From Bacilli bacterium (GTDB lineage: Bacteria; Bacillota_I; Bacilli_A; RFN20; CAG-826), in assembly GCA_036657515.1 (NCBI GenBank), contig JAVXGI010000001.1, positions 3,821 through 67,820 on the forward strand: a stretch of 64,000 nucleotides of DNA, given 5' to 3'. The position numbers were made by a program, and so were the translations under genes. Below, one piece after another: positions 51,284 through 60,164 of this stretch. Each line of letters opens with the position of its first letter. Position 1 is the stretch's first letter. The notes beneath the pieces are model-generated. The model was given only the letters and a program-made list of their open reading frames with translations. It had not been told where the DNA came from and searched no databases.

Positions 51284-54282
51284 TGGAATTGGTCCTCCTT
51301 TAAGACAGCATTAGATCTGTTATACATTATAATTGAGAAGAATGAACAAAGTACAAAGACTACTATACCAATACAAGAAGCAATCGAGAACATCGGGTTA
51401 TTAGCAGAGGTTACAATCTTATAAATATAAGTTATTAGTAAGTCTGTATGTCCGATTTGTAGATTCTGCGATCCTGAGACGTCCGGTCCGCCACCAGTAA
51501 GGAAATAAATAACGTTAAAGTTATTAATGTTACCAATGAACTGCGTTATTAAATGCGGTCCTGTAACAAACAATATATATGGTAAGGTAATTTTAGCAAA
51601 TTGCGTTGTTGGAGAAGCTCCATCAATTCTTGCCGATTCATATAAATCACGAGGAATATTCATCAAGATACCAGTTGTTGATAAAATGGTATAAGGTATA
51701 CCTACCCAGATATTAACGATAATAATAATAATTTTTGTAACTAAAGCGCCGTTTGTCGTATCTTTTGCAAATCCTAAATTAAAATTAAACGTATCCGAGA
51801 TCCGGTTTGAAAACGCCCCGTTATCTTGGAGCAGAACTCCAATTGATAATAAGGATATAAATTGAGGAATAGCAATTGACATAACAAATATGCCTCTCCA
51901 CAACTTTTTAAACTTAATACCTTCTTTATTAATCATTAAGGCAACAATAATTCCAAGTATATAGTTACTAAATGTAGCAACAATTGCCCAAATAATTGTC
52001 CAACCTAACGTCATCAACATTGCTTGAGGTAAATTTTTTAAATCAGAAGTTGTTGGGAAAAATAAACTTCCAAAATTCTCAAGTCCCACCCATGTAAATA
52101 ATTGTGTTGGAGGAATATGACCTTGACTGTAGTTAGTAAATGCAACAACAATTGAGAATGCTAATGGAATAATTGTTACAATTAAAACTCCAATAATAGG
52201 TAAAGCTAATAGTGTAAGATGGAAATTCTCATTAAACAAACCTTTAATTTGTTCTTTAAATTTTGTTGCGCGTCCAACGTAATGAGTTGAAGAGGCATTA
52301 CTAAATTCTTGTCTTTCATTATTAAGTTCACTAATTTTATTAGCAACATATTCGTTTTCAACAAAAGCTTCTTCGGTTTTTTTCTTATCAAGAATTTCTT
52401 CAAGTAGCACAACATTAAGACATGCTTTTCTATATTGAATGTCATAATTTAGCATCATGAAGTTAATTGTCGATTCTTTTCCAAAAGTTTCTTCGTTGTG
52501 ATCGATTTTAATGCAATTAAAATCGCGTTTAAATGCATGTTTGTAGTTTTTAATTTCTTCTTCACGCATATCTTTAATATCTTTATCCGTTGGAAGAGCA
52601 TTGATTCTACCATCAATTTTTTTAATTTTTTCATCATAGTAGTCTGTAACTACTTTGCTGATAGATTTAAAATTGAGTTCATAATCAGAAATTTCAACAT
52701 TAGATTTAGCAAGGCATTCTAAGATGGCCGTGCCAATAGCTGAATCATTGTAATTTAATGCTTTAAGGCTTTGAAGCATCGATTTCTTTTCATTAATCAT
52801 TAATGATAAATCATTTTTTAAAGCATTTTTCTTCTCTAAAATTGAATCATACGTTTTATTAGTAGTAGCAATTTTTGCATCAAGATCATTTTTTAAGAAT
52901 GTCTTTTTGTTAATGTTTTCTTCATTTTCACTATTAAACGTTGAAGAACCACGAATATACGAATCTTTTATCGCATCATAATTATTATAAAATAATAAAT
53001 CATCATCAATTTCACGCAAATGTTTATAATAAATATTAAACTTTGAATATATAGAGTAATTGTTTTTTAATAAACGTACAGCAGATGGTGAATAAGATTT
53101 ATTTTCATCTTCTAATTCTTTTTCAAGCAATCTAAGTTTTGTTGAATGAAAATCATGTTTTTTAAGATAGTTGCGTTCGAAACTATATATTTTTGTTTCG
53201 TATTTTGTTACTTCTTTTGTACTTTTTTTATTATTAACATCGCTATTTTCTTCTTTAAAAATTACATTGTTCTTTATTTCATCAAACTTTTTATCCATAA
53301 GAGCTCTTTTTTCAAGATGCAAATCAAGTTCTTTTTGGATTTTAGCTTTTAAAGAATTAATCTTTTTAAGAAGTCTAACGTTAATTTTTACGTTTGCTTT
53401 AGCATCAGTTACAGTTAAAAAATGTAAATATTTAAAATAATTAACACTAAATTTTTTAGAAAACTGTTCATCCTTTCCAAGACTTATTAATGAAGAAGAT
53501 ATCTTTTCTTCATAATTAAGTTTATTATCTAAATAAAAATTTTCAAGAATAATTTCTCTATCTTTTGGTGCATCTTTCGTATAAAATTTTAATTCTTTTG
53601 TCTTTTTGTCTGCTTCGGTTGAATATGAAATACTATCTTCATATGTAACGCGATATGTATCAAACATATTAATACGATAATTTTTATAACCAGAAGAAAC
53701 TGAACGATTCCATAAGTAGCACATTCCAAATAGCATAATGACAGTTAATAAACCAAATATTAAAACTAAAATGGAGTTATCAGGCATTCTTGGTTCACAA
53801 ATCTTTCCAACAATTGGATCCTCATAGCATATTTCAATATCAGTATTTGGTTGGCCAAGTGAACCTAATAAAAATAAAGCGTTCCCACCAAATAGAATCA
53901 TATAAATAACAAATCCTATTTCCGTAATTAAAAATAAAGCACCATTTACATACTGCTTATTTTTAAAACTTGAAGAGCCAAAAAATATAAAACTAAGTCT
54001 TCCTGACCAATCATTAAATTTAAATTGGTGAATTTTAGTTAATACAAATTTATATGCACAAACTGATCCTTTAACAGCTATTTTATATATGCTTTTAAAA
54101 ATAGACCAAAAACCTAAAATTATATCCCATAAAAATCCTATTACCCATAAAATAATTTTTACTAAAAAAGACCGGGAACCTTGACCTAGGCTTTTATACC
54201 ATGGAAGAGGTTTTACTTCTTTAGTAAAAACATTTTCAGAATTTTCAAGAGATGTATAGTCAATATTATTATCTTTTTCCAT
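51280..54282 (-). CDS. malF: MalF-type ABC permease with extra N-terminal TM domain and a roughly 480 aa coiled-coil insertion
   Basis: Start moved to the ATG at 54280-54282 (MEKDNNIDY) behind AGGGGA. The C-terminal 310 aa form a canonical permease core with the EAA loop YESARIDGASPTTQFAKITLP. Three or four TM helices and a long charged region precede it. Confidence 0.8.
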   Translation of the reverse strand: MEKDNNIDYTSLENSENVFTKEVKPLPWYKSLGQGSRSFLVKIILWVIGFLWDIILGFWSIFKSIYKIAVKGSVCAYKFVLTKIHQFKFNDWSGRLSFIFFGSSSFKNKQYVNGALFLITEIGFVIYMILFGGNALFLLGSLGQPNTDIEICYEDPIVGKICEPRMPDNSILVLIFGLLTVIMLFGMCYLWNRSVSSGYKNYRINMFDTYRVTYEDSISYSTEADKKTKELKFYTKDAPKDREIILENFYLDNKLNYEEKISSSLISLGKDEQFSKKFSVNYFKYLHFLTVTDAKANVKINVRLLKKINSLKAKIQKELDLHLEKRALMDKKFDEIKNNVIFKEENSDVNNKKSTKEVTKYETKIYSFERNYLKKHDFHSTKLRLLEKELEDENKSYSPSAVRLLKNNYSIYSKFNIYYKHLREIDDDLLFYNNYDAIKDSYIRGSSTFNSENEENINKKTFLKNDLDAKIATTNKTYDSILEKKNALKNDLSLMINEKKSMLQSLKALNYNDSAIGTAILECLAKSNVEISDYELNFKSISKVVTDYYDEKIKKIDGRINALPTDKDIKDMREEEIKNYKHAFKRDFNCIKIDHNEETFGKESTINFMMLNYDIQYRKACLNVVLLEEILDKKKTEEAFVENEYVANKISELNNERQEFSNASSTHYVGRATKFKEQIKGLFNENFHLTLLALPIIGVLIVTIIPLAFSIVVAFTNYSQGHIPPTQLFTWVGLENFGSLFFPTTSDLKNLPQAMLMTLGWTIIWAIVATFSNYILGIIVALMINKEGIKFKKLWRGIFVMSIAIPQFISLLSIGVLLQDNGAFSNRISDTFNFNLGFAKDTTNGALVTKIIIIIVNIWVGIPYTILSTTGILMNIPRDLYESARIDGASPTTQFAKITLPYILFVTGPHLITQFIGNINNFNVIYFLTGGGPDVSGSQNLQIGHTDLLITYIYKIVTSANNPMFSIASCIGIVVFVLCSFFSIIMYNRSNAVLKEDQFQ

Positions 54283-54300
54283 ATAATCCCCTTTTTTTAG

Positions 54301-54337
54301 AAAAAAGGGGGAAGTTAATAAAGTATAACTTACCCCC
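54301..54337 (-). terminator. intra-operon hairpin with T-run between malE and malF (partial terminator or mRNA stabiliser)
   Basis: On the minus strand GGGGGTAAGTT-loop-AACTTCCCCC (one bulge) is followed by TTTTTTCT. It is unusually GC-rich for this DNA. Confidence 0.55.
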
Positions 54338-54379
54338 AAATTTTAATAAAGCTAAGCTAATATAAACACATCTTAGGAA

Positions 54380-55702
54380 TTAACGAAGTTTATCTAATTG
54401 GCTCTTTAAGAATTCTGTCCATGTAGCATAATTAGTATGTTCATCTTTAACTAATTTGCCATCAATGATAGCTTGACCAATACCTTTACCAATATCCCAA
54501 TATTTGCCTTCAGCAGAAAGTGATTGAACGGCAGCAAATTCTGATTGTGCAAGTAATGCTTTTTGTCCTGCAGTAGTGTTCTTTTTATAAGAATCTACTT
54601 TTAAAGCTTCAAGGTTTGTTGGAATAGCATTTCTTAATTCAAATCTCTTTAATTGAGCATCTTTACTTGTTAATAATCTAGCAAGATAAATTGCAGCTTT
54701 TTGTTCAGCAACTGGTTTTGTGCTATTAACAACATATAATTTTGTTCCAGCAAATGAACCTAATTGAGCATCTTTTCCAGCGATTTTAAAGGTAGGTAAT
54801 TTAATAGCACCAAGTTTATCAGCACCAATTAATTTAGATAATTCTTTTTCCATCCAAAGTCCAGAAACGGCTGCACACATTGAATCATCTGTAAAACCAG
54901 CAGCAATAACGTCATTTCCACCAGTTACCCAGTTTTTGGCTTTATATTCTGGTACTAATAATTTAGATAATGATTCAGCAGCAGCTGCACCTTTTGGGTT
55001 ATCCCAGTTAACGGAATATTTAACAGCTGTTTTGCCTTCAACTTTTTCATGATGATAAGAAAGTGATTTTGTACCGCAAACTTCACTTGAGAAGAATGGG
55101 GCAGCAGAATAGAAACCGTTTGGAAGATCAAATAAGATCTTCATATCTTTTTTATAAGTACCATCAGCATTTTTAGTAGCAGCAATAAGTCCTTCTACTG
55201 ATTTAGCTTGTTCATCAGAAATTTTATCTTTGTTATACCATAAGAAATAACCATTATCGTTAGAAATTGGGAATCCATATAATTTTTTATCAATGGAAGC
55301 AGCTTCAATAGCGATACTAGCATTTTCTTCTTTGGTATATTTCTCAATATTGCCTTGAAGGGTCCAAATAGTTTCTTTTTCAACTAAAGATGAAATATGA
55401 TCATCAGCAACAGCAACTAAAGCACCACCAACGTTAGGATCTTTTGATAATGTTGGTCCGCCATCAGCTTCAGAAACAGGTTGATATTCAATATTAAACT
55501 TTGCTGTTTCTTTTGTTTGTTTGTCATTGTATTCTTTAATAACGGCCTTAATAACTTGTTCTTCTTCAGCAGGTGCCCAAACTAAAATAGGTTTGCTAAC
55601 ATCGGTTTTGTCATCAACAATTGGATTGCCTCCGCATGATGTTAAACCTGATAAAGCACCAATTGATAAAGCAGCAAAGGCAAAAATAGGTAATTTTTTC
55701 AT
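54380..55702 (-). CDS. malE: maltodextrin-binding lipoprotein (ABC substrate-binding protein)
   Basis: 440 aa with the lipobox ALSGLTSC-G. Family 1 SBP features are present (ILVWAP, GYFLWYNKD). Located upstream of malF and malG. Confidence 0.85.
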   Translation of the reverse strand: MKKLPIFAFAALSIGALSGLTSCGGNPIVDDKTDVSKPILVWAPAEEEQVIKAVIKEYNDKQTKETAKFNIEYQPVSEADGGPTLSKDPNVGGALVAVADDHISSLVEKETIWTLQGNIEKYTKEENASIAIEAASIDKKLYGFPISNDNGYFLWYNKDKISDEQAKSVEGLIAATKNADGTYKKDMKILFDLPNGFYSAAPFFSSEVCGTKSLSYHHEKVEGKTAVKYSVNWDNPKGAAAAESLSKLLVPEYKAKNWVTGGNDVIAAGFTDDSMCAAVSGLWMEKELSKLIGADKLGAIKLPTFKIAGKDAQLGSFAGTKLYVVNSTKPVAEQKAAIYLARLLTSKDAQLKRFELRNAIPTNLEALKVDSYKKNTTAGQKALLAQSEFAAVQSLSAEGKYWDIGKGIGQAIIDGKLVKDEHTNYATWTEFLKSQLDKLR

Positions 55703-55715
55703 TTTTTCATTCTCC

Positions 55716-56225
55716 TTAAGCAGCAGCCTTTGTAACTACTACACATCCTGTTAATCCTGGTTCAAGGAAGTAATATGGATGATATACGAATTTATATGTT
55801 CCTGCTTCTTTAAATACAGCATTTGGATCTTCACTTGGTATTTCGTACTTTTTTTGTAAATCATCTTTTAAAAATTTAACAGATTCTTTATCAAACATCT
55901 TAATACCTTTATTAACTCCTGCGTCCCATGAATGATCTGCACGAATCTTAAATTCTCCAGCTCCTTTATCGTTTGCTACCATAGCTTCAGTATAAGTGAA
56001 TGTAAGTTCTTGTTTACGGAACTCAACGTCACCTTCAACAATGGTGAAACCCTTATCGTTTTCTGGATTCCAGCCGCCAACAGCTCCTCCGATAAATCCG
56101 ATAAATGGATACTCAAATGGATGAGGTGGTACAGGTGTAACTGAAATAGTTGGGTCTTGACCACATGATGCTAAGCCGCCAATCATAAGGCAGCCCATTG
56201 CGACAATACTTAATTTTTTAAACAT
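55716..56225 (-). CDS. small lipoprotein, putative glycan-binding module
   Basis: 169 aa with the lipobox IGGLASC-G. Single beta-rich domain containing GGWNPEND and FKIRADHSWDAGVNKG. Confidence 0.6.
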   Translation of the reverse strand: MFKKLSIVAMGCLMIGGLASCGQDPTISVTPVPPHPFEYPFIGFIGGAVGGWNPENDKGFTIVEGDVEFRKQELTFTYTEAMVANDKGAGEFKIRADHSWDAGVNKGIKMFDKESVKFLKDDLQKKYEIPSEDPNAVFKEAGTYKFVYHPYYFLEPGLTGCVVVTKAAA

Positions 56226-56449
56226 ATTTTCTCCTTTCTTATTGATAGAATAAAAAAATGACTCTGTTTTTTTGTAAAATTTGTGTAAATATAAACTATG
56301 TTACAACCAAAAAACACGACCAAAATTTTCTTCTATATGTTTAACTACCTATAATTTTATATCATTATTTATTGTTTGTAAACTAAATTAAATGTTTATC
56401 GGCATATTTTTTTTAAAATTAGTAAAACCCTTTCAATATAGCCTAAATA

Positions 56450-56484
56450 CGAAAAAAATGGTAGTGTTTTTACCATTTTTTTCG
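56450..56484. terminator. bidirectional terminator after msmK
   Basis: Arms cgaaaaaaatggta / taccatttttttcg with a 7 nt loop, 16 nt past the stop at 56501. Confidence 0.6.
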
Positions 56485-56500
56485 TATATTGTTTTCTTTC

Positions 56501-57670
56501 TTACTTAATTCGTTCTTCAGTTTCTTTTGAGAAGAAGTGAACCTTGGCTCCATTCATCTTTATAAAGACATTTTGATGGAGTTTAATTTCTTGTTCTGCT
56601 GGGAACTTTGAAATTAAATCAGTGCCACCAAAATCAGTGTGGATGTAATATTCATGTCCTAATAATTCAGCAACTCTAACTTCAACTTCAAAGGCATCTT
56701 TTTCTGTTTCAATAGATCTTGCAATGTCTTCTGGGCGAATGCCAAGAATGACATCTTCTGCAATTTCTTTTCCTTCATATGCGCTTTTTGGTAAAACTAA
56801 CTTTTTACCATTTGAAAAAGTAACTACTCCAGCATTAAATTTAACATCAAAGAAATTCATAGCAGGACTTCCAATAAATCCAGCAACAAATAAGTTATTT
56901 GGTTTATTATAAATTTCAATTGGAGAACCAATTTGTTGGACACGTCCTAATTTCATAACAACAATTCGTGAAGCCATTGTCATAGCTTCAGTTTGGTCAT
57001 GCGTTACATAGATTGTTGTTGCATTTAAAGAATCATGAAGTTTAATAATTTCACTTCTCATTTGTACTCTTAACTTAGCATCAAGGTTACTTAATGGTTC
57101 ATCCATTAAGAATACTTTAGCATTTCTAACGATTGCTCTTCCTAAAGCAACACGTTGACGTTGACCACCTGATAAGGCTTTTGGTTTACGATCCAAAAAT
57201 TCTTCGATTTGAAGAATTTTTGCCGCAGCATGTACTCTTTTATCGATTTCGTTTTTAGGCATATGTCTTATTTTTAGCCCAAATGCCATGTTATCGTAAA
57301 CTGACATATGAGGATATAATGCATAACTTTGGAAAACCATGGCGATATCTCTATCTTTTGGTGTTTTATCATTACATAACTCACCATCAATATATAATTC
57401 ACCACGAGTAATGTCTTCAAGTCCGGCAATCATTCTTAAAGTGGTTGATTTACCACATCCAGATGGACCAACAAGAACAATAAATTCATGCTTTTTAATA
57501 TCAAGATTAAAATCAAAGACAGCCTGAACGTTATTGTCATAGACTTTATCAATTCCGTGTAAGATAACAAATGAATCATGATGTTTATCACTGGCGTTAA
57601 CTTTTACTTCTTTTTTCTCTTCTTGCAAAACAGTTTCTTCTTTAGCAACTTTTTTAACTTTTTCTACCAT
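56501..57670 (-). CDS. msmK: sugar ABC transporter ATPase (MsmK/MalK type)
   Basis: [28 protein letters not shown] and a C-terminal regulatory domain. Preceded by a roughly 38 aa Lys/Glu-rich N-terminal extension with no alternative start. Confidence 0.92.
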   Translation of the reverse strand: MVEKVKKVAKEETVLQEEKKEVKVNASDKHHDSFVILHGIDKVYDNNVQAVFDFNLDIKKHEFIVLVGPSGCGKSTTLRMIAGLEDITRGELYIDGELCNDKTPKDRDIAMVFQSYALYPHMSVYDNMAFGLKIRHMPKNEIDKRVHAAAKILQIEEFLDRKPKALSGGQRQRVALGRAIVRNAKVFLMDEPLSNLDAKLRVQMRSEIIKLHDSLNATTIYVTHDQTEAMTMASRIVVMKLGRVQQIGSPIEIYNKPNNLFVAGFIGSPAMNFFDVKFNAGVVTFSNGKKLVLPKSAYEGKEIAEDVILGIRPEDIARSIETEKDAFEVEVRVAELLGHEYYIHTDFGGTDLISKFPAEQEIKLHQNVFIKMNGAKVHFFSKETEERIK

Positions 57671-57714
57671 AAGTATTTACCTCTTTTCTAATATGATATC
57701 ACAAAAATATATTA

Positions 57715-57741
57715 TTGATATGTGCATTATGCACAAATCAA
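57715..57741. promoter_or_regulatory. 27 bp palindrome spanning the regulator stop codon (terminator or operator)
   Basis: ttgatatgtgcat-t-atgcacaaatcaa has 13 bp arms with one mismatch. The core TGTGCAT-T-ATGCACA is perfect. It lies 45-70 nt upstream of the msmK ATG. Confidence 0.4.
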
Positions 57742-58298
57742 TTATGTTTCTTAAGAAAACGATATAGATAGTAAATTAATGAGTATTTATAATCTCTAAT
57801 ATCTAATCCAGTTTTTTCTATAAATTTATTTAATCGATAATTAAATGTATTACGATGAATATATAATTCTGTCGCAGCTTCAACTCCACTTAATGAACAT
57901 TCTAAATAAGCATCCGCAGTATTTATAAGTTCAATATCTAATGATGAAAATAAAATATCTAATAACTTAAAAAGCTCCATATTATTATTCTTCACCAATA
58001 AATCTGCTAAGTAAAAAACTCCTATTTTATTTTCATCTATTAATAAGGAAAGCGCTTTGTTACTAATGCACTCATTTTCAAATGTTTCAAGAAAAACAAA
58101 GCGCCCGGATAAATCACTTGATAAAATATTAAAGATGGTATGAAGTCTGGCAGCAAAAAATTCATCGCTTAAAATAATACCTTTTTTATCATCAATATAA
58201 TCAATATCTAAATAAGACGAAAATGATGATCGAAGTGTTGTTTCAAATTGATATCGATCAAATTTATTATAGGAATAAAAATAGTAATATTTAATCAT
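57738..58298 (-). CDS. small PucR/CdaR-type helix-turn-helix regulator
   Basis: 186 aa. The C-terminal ATELYIHRNTFNYRLNKFIEKTGLDIRD matches the PucR C-terminal HTH. The start overlaps the glucosidase stop by 8 nt. Confidence 0.65.
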   Translation of the reverse strand: MIKYYYFYSYNKFDRYQFETTLRSSFSSYLDIDYIDDKKGIILSDEFFAARLHTIFNILSSDLSGRFVFLETFENECISNKALSLLIDENKIGVFYLADLLVKNNNMELFKLLDILFSSLDIELINTADAYLECSLSGVEAATELYIHRNTFNYRLNKFIEKTGLDIRDYKYSLIYYLYRFLKKHN

Positions 58299-60003
58299 TT
58301 ATTTCTACCTCGAAAACAACACTTTCAAAAGGTCTTAATTTAAGCGTTTTTCCATCAATCTTTACTTCTTCATAGTTTTTAATTATTATTCTTTTTATTT
58401 TGTGTATAAGATTAAAATCAACTTCAAAATCTCTGAAGTTAGAAATAACTAAAATATTCATTTTTGATCCAAAATGAGAATAGGCAAAAACATCAACATT
58501 ATTTTCATCAACTAATTCAAATTCATTATCAATAATAGATTCAATAATCTCATTTTGGTGACGTAATTTAATAATATTACGATAATAATTTAGAACTGAA
58601 TTAGGATCTTTATCTTCATCTTCTTTATTTACTTCTTTAAAGTATCCTGGACTTTTTATACTTGGAGAAACTTTACTAAATCCTCCATTTATATCGTTTT
58701 TCCAGCAAAATGGCAAGCGTCCATTACTGCGAGAACATCTACGAGCAAAACGTAGATGTTCTTCGGTTGTATATTTTGTATTTTCGGCTCTAAAATTAAC
58801 ATCATTAATGTCTTTAAAATCGTTTAAATCAGTATAATCAGCATTAGACATGCCAAGCTCATCTCCATATAAAATAAATGGTAAACCATACATAAATAAC
58901 AAGGTTGTTATAAGCATTTTACCTGATTCTTTACGATATTTTACTGAACCATATTGCGATAAAACACGTGGATGATCATGATTATTCCAGTAAAGTGGCA
59001 TATCTGAATCTTTATAACATCCACGATACCATTTTAAAAATAGATGTTTTAAATTCCATACATTTGTAACTATTTCACTATCTTCTTTTGTTATCGAACC
59101 ATATGCTCCATTTTCCCAACAAGTATCGAAATTAAACACCATATTTGCCGGACCTATATTATATCTTGAATATTTTAAAGCTTCACTGCTTGTTGCACAT
59201 CCACCAACTTCACCGATAATAAAAGCATTTCGAGGCTTAAATACACCAGTTGATAATTCATTTAGATAGTCAAATAATTCTTCTCGATTCGAAAATTTAG
59301 TAAAATCAAGTACCCTTGAATTTGCATCAACTGGAAGAGTGCTATCGGCAAAACTTGTATCTTTAGCAAGATGTGCAACCGCATCAATTCGATAACCATC
59401 AATTCCTAAATCAAGCCAATAAGCTGCAACTTTTTTCATTTCTTCCATAAGAAGTGGATTAGTATAATTTAAATCTGGCATTTTAGATGAAAATATATGT
59501 AGATAATATTCATCAATTGCAGGAACATATTCCCGTGCAGAAGTTGAAAAAAAACTAGCCCAATTATTAGGTGGTTCTCTTTTACCATCTGCATTTATCT
59601 TTCCTTTTTTAAAATAATAATATCCATGTTCAGGACAGTTTACATCACTAATTGCTTTTTTAAACCATTCATGTTCAGAAGAAGTATGATTAAGCACTAA
59701 ATCTAAAATAATTTTTATATTTTTCTCATGAGCTTCTTTAATCAAATTTTTAAAATCATCAAATGTTCCAAACATCGGATTAATAGCATAAAAATTTGAT
59801 ACATCATATCCATTATCATCCATTGGAGAAGCAAATATTGGACATATCCAAATCATATCTATTCCTAAACTAACTAAGTAATCTAATTTACTTCTTATTC
59901 CGTTAATATCGCCAATTCCATCATTATTAGAATCACAAAAAGACATCGGATAAATTTGATATGCAACATATTTGTTATATTCTCTATTTAATTTTTCACT
60001 CAT
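58291..60003 (-). CDS. GH13 oligo-1,6-glucosidase / alpha-glucosidase
   Basis: YQIYPMSFCDSNNDGIGD, DLVLNHTSSEH, GYRIDAVAHL, IIGEV, WNNHDHPR. Confidence 0.9.
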   Translation of the reverse strand: MSEKLNREYNKYVAYQIYPMSFCDSNNDGIGDINGIRSKLDYLVSLGIDMIWICPIFASPMDDNGYDVSNFYAINPMFGTFDDFKNLIKEAHEKNIKIILDLVLNHTSSEHEWFKKAISDVNCPEHGYYYFKKGKINADGKREPPNNWASFFSTSAREYVPAIDEYYLHIFSSKMPDLNYTNPLLMEEMKKVAAYWLDLGIDGYRIDAVAHLAKDTSFADSTLPVDANSRVLDFTKFSNREELFDYLNELSTGVFKPRNAFIIGEVGGCATSSEALKYSRYNIGPANMVFNFDTCWENGAYGSITKEDSEIVTNVWNLKHLFLKWYRGCYKDSDMPLYWNNHDHPRVLSQYGSVKYRKESGKMLITTLLFMYGLPFILYGDELGMSNADYTDLNDFKDINDVNFRAENTKYTTEEHLRFARRCSRSNGRLPFCWKNDINGGFSKVSPSIKSPGYFKEVNKEDEDKDPNSVLNYYRNIIKLRHQNEIIESIIDNEFELVDENNVDVFAYSHFGSKMNILVISNFRDFEVDFNLIHKIKRIIIKNYEEVKIDGKTLKLRPFESVVFEVEIND

Positions 60004-60113
60004 ACATATATTTTAGTGCTAAATTAAGTATATTCAAATACAAATATTAACAAATATGTTGCCGCGATTTTTCCTCGACTAAATTAATTTATAATATATA
60101 TAATATATATTTA

Positions 60114-60142
60114 TTGTAAATTGCTCAATTTTCTAGTAAAAT
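60114..60142 (+). promoter_or_regulatory. candidate typA promoter
   Basis: TTGTAA (60114-60119), 17 nt spacer, TAAAAT (60137-60142), 22 nt upstream of the ATG. Confidence 0.4.
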
Positions 60143-60164
60143 CTTAATCGTCGAGGTTAAAAAA

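Noticed and set aside
56379-56398. An imperfect palindrome TAAAC-N10-GTTTA upstream of the lipoprotein-malE operon, considered as a regulator or cre-like site.
   Set aside because: The arms are only 5 bp, the background is AT-rich, and there is no resemblance to the CcpA cre consensus.
60073-60156. A 7 nt GC-rich complementarity: CCTCGAC (60073-60079) against the typA Shine-Dalgarno region GTCGAGG (60150-60156). This would suggest RBS sequestration or an RNA thermometer for BipA.
   Set aside because: The best promoter (TTGTAA-17-TAAAAT at 60114-60142) lies between the two elements. The upstream arm would therefore probably not be part of the typA transcript. It needs TSS data before being taken seriously.
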